Of a stretch of 64,000 nucleotides of DNA, positions 57,341-64,000 are shown in pieces (position 1 is the first letter of the stretch; the number at the start of each line of letters is the position of its first letter). This DNA comes from Deinococcus sp. (GTDB taxonomy: Bacteria > Deinococcota > Deinococci > Deinococcales > Deinococcaceae). The notes beneath the pieces were generated by a model. It was not told where the DNA came from and ran no database searches. It saw only the letters and a list, made by a program, of their open reading frames with translations. Position numbers and translations under genes: made by a program. The stretch covers positions 2,880,001-2,944,000 of the forward strand of contig OZ253375.1 of the NCBI GenBank assembly GCA_965261005.1, given 5' to 3'.

Positions 57341-58075
57341 TCAGCCTTCCTGACCGCTCTCGCCCGTCTCGGCCTGCACGGCGGCCTCCGCCTCTTCGGC
57401 GTCACCCTTGATCTCCTCCAGGCTGGTTTCGCCGGCGGAGATCGCCTCGACCTGCTCCTCGCTGAGTTCGCCGGAGGCCAGCATGCCCGCCACGGCGGCG
57501 GCCTCTTCCTCGGCGGCCAGCTCCGCGTCGGTCATGCGCGGCGGCAGCACCGTCACGACCAGCTGCTCGGGGGTGGTGACCAGCTTGCAGCCTTCCGGCA
57601 GCGTGATGTCGCCGGCCGTGACGTGATCGCCGATGGCAAGCCGGGAGACGTCCACCACGATTTCCTCGGGAATGCGGCGCGGTCCCGGCGCCACGATTTG
57701 CAGGGTGTGCAGCACGATGTCGAGCAGGCCACCCTGGGTCACGCCGGGCGCGTTGCCCACCGTGTGCACCGGCACCGGCACCTCGATCTCCTGCCCGTAG
57801 GTGACCAGGTAAAAGTCGGCGTGAACGGGCTTTCTCTTCCTGGGGTCCATCTGCACGCTCTTGACCAGCGCCGCCAGCGTCTCACCGCCTTGGATTGCAA
57901 TCTCGACCAGGCCGTGGGTGCTTTGCTCGCGAAAGACGCGGTCAAAAGCGCGCGCCTCGACGGCAAAGCTCACGTTTTGGTCCTTGTTGTAGGCCACGGC
58001 GGGCAGGTAGCCCTCGGGCAGCTTTTCTCCGGCCGCGCGCGACCGGGCTTTCAGTTCCGTTACAGCCACAGACAA
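57341..58075 (-). CDS. rplY: 50S ribosomal protein L25 / general stress protein Ctc
   Basis: PAVAY, ALVKSVQMD.....VHADFY, VPVH.VG...GV..GG.L, acidic tail. Confidence 0.93.
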   Translation of the reverse strand: MSVAVTELKARSRAAGEKLPEGYLPAVAYNKDQNVSFAVEARAFDRVFREQSTHGLVEIAIQGGETLAALVKSVQMDPRKRKPVHADFYLVTYGQEIEVPVPVHTVGNAPGVTQGGLLDIVLHTLQIVAPGPRRIPEEIVVDVSRLAIGDHVTAGDITLPEGCKLVTTPEQLVVTVLPPRMTDAELAAEEEAAAVAGMLASGELSEEQVEAISAGETSLEEIKGDAEEAEAAVQAETGESGQEG

Positions 58076-58157
58076 CCTCCAAAGTTGTTTCTCAATCGCC
58101 TGCTCGTCGGCAAGTCAACTTTGTCAGTGTAGCAGCGATCCGGCGGGGGGAACAATC

Positions 58158-59081
58158 TTACCTGACCAGCGCCGCGCTCAGATCGGCCTCGGTGATGGGA
58201 CGGGCTTGGGCGCCGACCTTGGTAGCCGCGAGGGCGCCGGCGGCGTTGGCGGCGCGGGCCGCCTCGGGCAGCGGCTTGCCGCTCAGGATGGCGTGCGCGA
58301 AGACCGCCACAAAGGTGTCGCCGGCGCCGGTGCTGTCCACCACGTCCTCAATCGGAATGGACTCGATCAGCTCGGTGTCCTCGGGCGTCCAGACGATGGA
58401 CCCCATCGCGCCGACCTTCACGATCACCTTGCCGGCCCCGCGTTCGCGCAAGACCGCCAAGGCGGCGCTGATCGAGGCCGTGCCGGTCAGGGCCAGCAAC
58501 TCGCGCTGGTTGAGCAGCAGGTAGTCGGCCCCCAGCACGCTGTCCATCAGACGTTCGCCGGCGGCGTTGACCGCGCCGGTGCCGAGGTCCACGAAGATCG
58601 GCACGCTCGCCTTGGCGGCGTGGGTCATGGCGCGAATGGCGTACTCGCGCTGCGGCCCGCCGATCAGGCTGTAGGCCGAGACGATCAGGGCGTCGCTGCC
58701 CTCCACGTCCTTTTTCTTCAGCTTGGCGGCGTCGAGCTGACGGTTGGCCGCCCCCGACGAGATCATGGCGCGCTTGCCGTCGAGCGTTTGCATCACGGTG
58801 ATGGTGGAGGTGAGGTGGTCGGGGTCGGTCTGAATGGCCCCGGCCCCCACGCCGCTTTCGCGCACCAGCTTGAGGGCGTAATCGGCGAAGGGGTCGTCGC
58901 CGACGCGGGCGGCCAGCCAAACCGCGTGCCCCAAGCGGGCCAGCGTCACGCTGATGGTGCCGCCTGCCCCGCCGGGCTGCATGGAGGCGCGCAGCGGCGA
59001 GATCTCCTCGCCGGGGGCGGGAATGCGCTCCAAGTGGTACAAGTGATCGACGGTCACATCACCGATGACGAAAAACTTCAC
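58158..59081 (-). CDS. PfkB/ribokinase-family carbohydrate kinase
   Basis: GGAGG...LARLG...VGDD; VDSTGAGDTF. Confidence 0.92.
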   Translation of the reverse strand: MKFFVIGDVTVDHLYHLERIPAPGEEISPLRASMQPGGAGGTISVTLARLGHAVWLAARVGDDPFADYALKLVRESGVGAGAIQTDPDHLTSTITVMQTLDGKRAMISSGAANRQLDAAKLKKKDVEGSDALIVSAYSLIGGPQREYAIRAMTHAAKASVPIFVDLGTGAVNAAGERLMDSVLGADYLLLNQRELLALTGTASISAALAVLRERGAGKVIVKVGAMGSIVWTPEDTELIESIPIEDVVDSTGAGDTFVAVFAHAILSGKPLPEAARAANAAGALAATKVGAQARPITEADLSAALVR

Positions 59082-59154
59082 TGTGACCTCCCGGTCCGGC
59101 CCACGCCGCGCGGCGACGAAGCGCACGCGCGAACCGCTGTTGCAAATGATTGAA

Positions 59155-60000
59155 TTATGGTAACACGCCCAGCGCGTCCGCGAGCGCCCGCATGGCGGGA
59201 AGCGGCACGTCCTCGGCGCGGGCGTTCGCGGCGATGCCCACTTCCGCCAAGGCGCGCTCGGTCAGCTGCGGCTCGAAGCCGCCTAGACGCAGGTTGTTGT
59301 ACAGGGTTTTGCGGCGGTGGTGAAGGGCCGCCGAGAGCAACCGTACAAGGCCCGCGTCGGGCTTTTGTCCCGTAAAGTCCAACCGGACCACGCTGGAGGT
59401 GACGTCCGGCGCCGGGTAAAAGGCGCCCTTCGGCACGTCCCGCAGCGCCCGCGCCGAACCGTACAAGCTGGTGAGGGCGCTCAGAAAGCCGTAGCCCGCC
59501 TCGCCGGGCTGGGCGACCAAGCGCTGTGCCACCTCGCGCTGGACCAGCGCCGTCGCGCTCGCGAAGCGTCCGCTCTCCATCAAGCGCGTCAGCAGGGCCG
59601 TGGAGATGTAGTACGGCAAGTTGGCGATCACCCGGCTGCCGGGGGGCACCTGGGTGAAGTCGAACTTGAGCGCGTCTCCCCACACGACCTGCACGTCCAG
59701 GCCCGCCAAGGTTTCCTCCAGCACCGGCCGCAGCCGCTCGTCTTTTTCGAGGGCGGTCACGTGTGCGCCGCGCGCCGCGAGTTCGCGGGTCAGCACGCCG
59801 AGGCCGGGACCGATTTCTAGGACGCGCTCTCCCGGCGCCGCCCCGCCCGCCTCGGCGATGGCGCGCAGCACGTTGCCGTCCACCAAAAAGTTCTGTCCCA
59901 AACTCTTGCTGGGCCGCAGCCCGTGGCGCCCCAACAGCTCGCGCACGGTTTTGGGCGAGTAGAGCGGTGGGGAAGAGGGGGAAGAGGCGGTCTCGGTCAC
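59155..60000 (-). CDS. rsmA: 16S rRNA m6(2)A dimethyltransferase
   Basis: KSLGQNFL, LEIGPGLGVLT, ANLPYYIST, F.P.P.V.S. Confidence 0.96.
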   Translation of the reverse strand: MTETASSPSSPPLYSPKTVRELLGRHGLRPSKSLGQNFLVDGNVLRAIAEAGGAAPGERVLEIGPGLGVLTRELAARGAHVTALEKDERLRPVLEETLAGLDVQVVWGDALKFDFTQVPPGSRVIANLPYYISTALLTRLMESGRFASATALVQREVAQRLVAQPGEAGYGFLSALTSLYGSARALRDVPKGAFYPAPDVTSSVVRLDFTGQKPDAGLVRLLSAALHHRRKTLYNNLRLGGFEPQLTERALAEVGIAANARAEDVPLPAMRALADALGVLP

Positions 60001-60061
60001 GCTTCCAGTATGGCGGCGCGCCCGCAAGCGGGGTGAGACTGAGGTTTAAGCGGGTCCGGGT

Positions 60062-60583
60062 CTAGGCGGGTCGGGCTTCCAGCCGCGTCTCCAACTCACG
60101 CAACGCTTGTGGCGCGGGCACCTTCAACGCCCCGGCGAGTTCATCGGCGACGGCCCCTTTGGCCTGGTCCAACAGCGTGAACTCGCTGCCCGCGAGGCCG
60201 CGCCGGACTTGGCGGCGCGTCAGGGTGGTGCATAAACGGGCCAGCTCGTACACGTCGCCGCCTTCCAGCGCGGCCTGCTCGCGCCGGTAGCGCGCTTGAA
60301 ATCCCTCCGGCAGCGCCAAGTCCGCCTCCTCAAGCGCGGCGTACAGGGCCGGCAGGTCCGCCGCCGTGAGCGCGCGCCGCAGCCCCAGCGCGGCGGCCCG
60401 CGCCACCGGCACCAGCAGCTGCATGGCGCCGACGTTCAGCTCGACCTCGTAGTACTGGCGGGCCTGGCCGCCCACCGCGTGCTCGCTCAGGGCGCGCACC
60501 ACGCCGGCGCCGTGCCGGGGATAGACCACCGCGTCGCCGGGCGCGAAGACGGCCGCGCCGGTTGTCTCTACACCTGTGTTCAC
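60062..60583 (-). CDS. CarD family transcriptional regulator
   Basis: F.PGD.VVYP.HGAG.V...LVPV......GLR. Confidence 0.88.
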   Translation of the reverse strand: MNTGVETTGAAVFAPGDAVVYPRHGAGVVRALSEHAVGGQARQYYEVELNVGAMQLLVPVARAAALGLRRALTAADLPALYAALEEADLALPEGFQARYRREQAALEGGDVYELARLCTTLTRRQVRRGLAGSEFTLLDQAKGAVADELAGALKVPAPQALRELETRLEARPA

Positions 60584-60732
60584 GCTATCCGCCCCCTTCG
60601 CAAGGGTTCAACACGCCGGGAAGTCACACCAAGGCATACGCGCGCTGTCGGCTTTTGGATGGGCGCGTTCCTGGGTGGACACGTTCACCTGCCGCTCAAG
60701 CGCGCGCCGTGGGCTTGCTTTATCCTGTGGGC

Positions 60733-61575
60733 ATGACCGAGCCGGCCTCTTGGCAAGACAGCCTGCGCGCGCAGCATTTTGAGCGGGCGGCGGCGCAAGC
60801 GCGCTTGGCGGGCGCGCCGGGCAGCTTGTTGGCGCCGCTCGACGACTTGGCGCGCGTTCAGCAGGAACTGCGCGACAAGCGCTACGGCCCGGCCCGGCGC
60901 GCGCTGGCCCAGATCCAACAGGAGCAATCCCAAGGCGACCCGATCCAAGGCGAGCCGGGCGGCGACCAGGAGTTTTCCGCTTTTCAGCTGAATGTCCCCG
61001 CCCTTCACGCGGCCGTCGCGGCCCTGGAGGAGGCCGAGCGTGCGCGGGTGGGGGACGTGGCCGAGCTGAAGGAGCGCCTCGCGCCCGCCCTAGCCCAGCC
61101 GCTCACGGCCCCCGAGGCGCACAACGCCCTCGGCGTGCTGCACGCCCTGCGGGGCGACCCGACCGCCGCGCGCGCCAGCTTCGACGCGGCCCTGGAAGCG
61201 GACGCGCGCCACCACCGCGCCCTGACCAATTTGGGCAACCTGTTGCTGGAGGGCGGCGACGCGGCCAGCGCCGAAGGCTATTACCGCCGCGCGCTGGCCC
61301 TCAAGGAGGACTACCCCGGCGCCCATCACAATCTGGCCGTGGCGCTTCGGCGCCAGCGCAAGGTGGCGGCCTCGGTGCGCTCGCTCAAGACCAGCCAGCG
61401 CCTCAGCGCGCGCCAAGCCAACCAAGAAGGGCGCGAGGAGGCCCGCGCCCGTTTGGGCGAATTGGGCGGCCAGTTGGGCGGCGCCAAGCTGCTGGGGGGT
61501 AGGGGGGGCCGCACGGTTCTGACGGTAGCGCTGGTCGGCCTCGCCTTTGTGTTGCTGAGGGCTTTCGGTGGCTGA
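60733..61575 (+). CDS. Tetratricopeptide repeat protein with C-terminal TM anchor
   Basis: AHNALGVL, ALTNLGNL, AHHNLAVAL. Confidence 0.85.
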   Translation: MTEPASWQDSLRAQHFERAAAQARLAGAPGSLLAPLDDLARVQQELRDKRYGPARRALAQIQQEQSQGDPIQGEPGGDQEFSAFQLNVPALHAAVAALEEAERARVGDVAELKERLAPALAQPLTAPEAHNALGVLHALRGDPTAARASFDAALEADARHHRALTNLGNLLLEGGDAASAEGYYRRALALKEDYPGAHHNLAVALRRQRKVAASVRSLKTSQRLSARQANQEGREEARARLGELGGQLGGAKLLGGRGGRTVLTVALVGLAFVLLRAFGG

Positions 61576-63046
61576 GCCGCAGCCGGGGGCGCCGGTGTTC
61601 ACGGCGGGCGGCATTCGCGCGCTGGACGCAGACTTGGCGGCGGCCGGCCTGCTCGAACTGACCATGGAGTTGGCCGGCGCTCGCGTGGCGGACGCGCTGA
61701 ACGCCCGCTTCCCGGAGGGGGCGGTGTTGGTGCTGGCCGGCGGGGGGGCCAATGGCGGCGACGCCCTCGTGGCCGCCCGCCACCTGCACGCCGCTGGGCG
61801 CGAGCTGAGGGTGCTGGCCCTCGCGGGCGGGAGCGACCTCGCGCGCGCCATGCGGGACCGCTTGGAGCGGTTCGTGGCGGTGGACGCCCTGACGCCCGGG
61901 TCGCTCGCCGCCGCCTTGCCGGCCAGCCGGGTGGTGCTCGACGGGTTGCTGGGCACCGGCTTCGAGCCGCCGCTGCGCCCGGAGTTGGCCCAGGTGATCG
62001 GGCAACTGAACGCCGCCGACAAACAGGTGGTCAGCATAGACCTGCCCAGCGGCCTGAACGCCGACGCGGCCGGGGAGCAGCCGGGCCAAGACCAGTCAGA
62101 CCAAGACCAATCGGGCCAGGTCCGCGCGGACCTGACGTTGGCCCTGGTCGGTCTCAAGCCGGCGCTGCTGTTCATGGATGTGGGCGAGGTTTGCCGGCTG
62201 GACCTCGGCGTGCCGCCGGGGTTGCTGGCCCGGCACGCCCGGGCCTGGACCAGCGGGGCGGCCGAGCTGCGCGCCTGGCTGCCCAAACGCAAGCGCGGCG
62301 CCCACAAAGGGGACGCCGGCAAGCTGTACGTGTTGGGTGGACAAAGCGGCTATACCGGCGCCCCCGCCATGACGGCGCTGGCCGCCATTCGGACGGGAGC
62401 GGGCTTGGTGACGCTGTACTCGCGCGCGGACATTCCCGGCCACCCGCTGGAGGCGATGGCGCACCGCTTGGAGCGCTGGGACGCGCTCGACGACTTGCCG
62501 AGGCCGGACGCCTTGGCGGTGGGCATGGGCTTGCCCCAAGACGGCGAGGCGGTGGCCCGCCGGGTGCTCGCTTGGCGCGTGCCCACGGTGCTCGACGCGG
62601 GCGCCCTTCAGCCCGACCTTGCCGGCGCCGGCCACGATCAGGTCGTGTGGACCCCGCATCCCGGCGAGGCGGCGAGGTTGTTGCAAACCCAGGTCGGGGA
62701 GGTGACGCGCGATCCCCTCGCCGCCGCCGAACGCCTGCGCGCCCACTTCGGCGGCAGCGTCGTTCTGAAGGGCGGGCCGACGGTCGTGGCGACGCCGGAG
62801 GGGTTGTGGGTGTGCCCCCACGGCAACCCCGGCATGGCGACGGGCGGCATGGGCGACGTGCTGTCCGGCGTGATCGCGGCGCTGCTGGGGCAGGGTCTCG
62901 GCGCGGGGCAGGCGGCCGTGGCCGGCGTGACGCTGCACGCCCTCGCCGGCGACCGCGTGGCGGCCCGGCTCGGCTACGGCCTGAGCGCCACCGACGTGGC
63001 CCACGAACTCGCGGTGGCGTGGCACGACCTGACCACGTCAGTCTGA
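61568..63046 (+). CDS. nnr: Bifunctional NAD(P)H-hydrate epimerase/dehydratase
   Basis: GANGGD, DGLLGTG, DLPSG, HKG..G, TPHPGEA.RL, GNPGMATGG.GDVL. Confidence 0.93.
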   Translation: MAEPQPGAPVFTAGGIRALDADLAAAGLLELTMELAGARVADALNARFPEGAVLVLAGGGANGGDALVAARHLHAAGRELRVLALAGGSDLARAMRDRLERFVAVDALTPGSLAAALPASRVVLDGLLGTGFEPPLRPELAQVIGQLNAADKQVVSIDLPSGLNADAAGEQPGQDQSDQDQSGQVRADLTLALVGLKPALLFMDVGEVCRLDLGVPPGLLARHARAWTSGAAELRAWLPKRKRGAHKGDAGKLYVLGGQSGYTGAPAMTALAAIRTGAGLVTLYSRADIPGHPLEAMAHRLERWDALDDLPRPDALAVGMGLPQDGEAVARRVLAWRVPTVLDAGALQPDLAGAGHDQVVWTPHPGEAARLLQTQVGEVTRDPLAAAERLRAHFGGSVVLKGGPTVVATPEGLWVCPHGNPGMATGGMGDVLSGVIAALLGQGLGAGQAAVAGVTLHALAGDRVAARLGYGLSATDVAHELAVAWHDLTTSV

Positions 63047-63113
63047 CCACGCAAGTGTGGTGACGCTCAGGGCCGCTTTTCTTTTCGTTAACTTTCGTAT
63101 TAGACTGGCCGGA

Positions 63114-63863
63114 ATGCAAGGTGACTTGGCCGACCTGCCGCTGATCGGGGTGCTTGAGCTGATTCACTTCAGCCGCAAGAGTGGCGTGCTGGACGTGAAC
63201 GCGCCCGTTCCCTTCACGCTCAGCTTCAGCGGCGGGGAGGTGGTCGCGGGGGGCGTTCTCGATTGGGAGGGCCTGGACGCCATCTACACCTTGCCGCCCA
63301 CGCCCGAGCGCGGGCGCTTTGCCTTTTCGCCCGAGTCCGCTTCCGACGGGGCCGACGTTCAGCTTCCCCTCAAGCCCTTCGCGCGCTTGGTGGGCGACTG
63401 GGCGCACCTCGCCGACGAGTGGCGCCGGGTGCGCGGTGTGATCGGCAGTCCCAGCCGGGTGCTGCGCCCGCCCACCAGTTCGGACCAGACGGGGCCTTAC
63501 GCCCACGGCCGCAGCGTGCGCGCGGTGGCGCGCGCCTCGGGGGAGCCGCTGTTTGACGTGGCCAAGCAGGCCGCCGAGGCGGCGGCGGCGGGCCGATTGG
63601 AACTCAGCGACCGCTACGCTTGGCACGCGCTGCGCCTGCGCCACCCGCGCTCACACGGGCCGGAGCAGGCGCCAGGGGGCAGCTTGGAGCGGCTGCTCGA
63701 CGGCCAGTTGAACTTGGGCGAGTTGATCGACGAGGGCCACCCGGCAGAGCAGTTGCGCGCCTTTTTGCTGCGTGAACTGCGCGCGGGGTTGCGCTTTCCC
63801 GGCGCGGGCTGGGTGCTGCGCGACCTCGCTTGGGAGGAAGAGGCGCGCGAGGTGGTGGCGTGA
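63114..63863 (+). CDS. DUF4388 domain protein
   Basis: MQGDLADLPL..VLELIH.SRKSGVL. Confidence 0.82.
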   Translation: MQGDLADLPLIGVLELIHFSRKSGVLDVNAPVPFTLSFSGGEVVAGGVLDWEGLDAIYTLPPTPERGRFAFSPESASDGADVQLPLKPFARLVGDWAHLADEWRRVRGVIGSPSRVLRPPTSSDQTGPYAHGRSVRAVARASGEPLFDVAKQAAEAAAAGRLELSDRYAWHALRLRHPRSHGPEQAPGGSLERLLDGQLNLGELIDEGHPAEQLRAFLLRELRAGLRFPGAGWVLRDLAWEEEAREVVA

Positions 63864-64000
63864 AGCGCGGCCCACCTGAAGGTCCGCCGGTCCGCCGCGC
63901 TTTCACGCTAAGATACCGCCATGTCCCCGGCCAGCCCGGCGCCCCCGGCCAGCAGCACGTGAACGACCTTCAGACCCGCAGTTTCGCGGCGCACAAGGCG

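Noticed and set aside
62086..62119. Short tandem repeat in nnr (QDQSDQDQSGQ)
   Set aside because: Small in-frame loop duplication with no sign of function.
63921..64000. Gene start at the window end
   Set aside because: The ATG frame closes after 13 codons and the overlapping GTG frame is cut by the window edge; too short to call.

Overview
GC-rich bacterial chromosomal window, almost certainly Deinococcus/Deinococcota. The assignment rests on lysK, mqnD, DUF3197, amylosucrase, Deinococcus-type small repeats and many leaderless-looking genes. The backbone is housekeeping: mfd, the carB / argG-argH-argA-carA arginine cluster, pepF, zapE, mqnD, lysK, proS, rplY, rsmA, a CarD protein and nnr. 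Three accessory zones interrupt it. (1) A 7.7-kb integrase-free array at the 3' end of carB (4.8-12.4 kb) holds eight type II toxin-antitoxin pairs and an orphan antitoxin, joined by short shared junction repeats and ending in an AT-rich hypothetical+PIN pair. Two more TA pairs sit inside the carB-argG promoter and one is at 36 kb. (2) A nested IS stack (IS5-type, IS66-type, IS701-type) lies at 12.4-16.0 kb, and a second IS66-type element sits in a small structured repeat at 27.7-29.2 kb. (3) A scrambled polymorphic-toxin locus lies at 42-49.5 kb. It has a DUF4157(HExxH)-GH19 muramidase effector, two paralogous secreted putative immunity proteins, an orphan toxin C-terminal tip, and an LprI-like lysozyme inhibitor gene whose halves now lie on opposite strands. 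Flipping the 2.46-kb segment between two IS5 elements restores the LprI gene, both IS target duplications, a co-directional operon and a 314-bp direct repeat around the cassette. No tRNA, rRNA or CRISPR array was seen. All family assignments come from motif recognition by eye, not from database searches.
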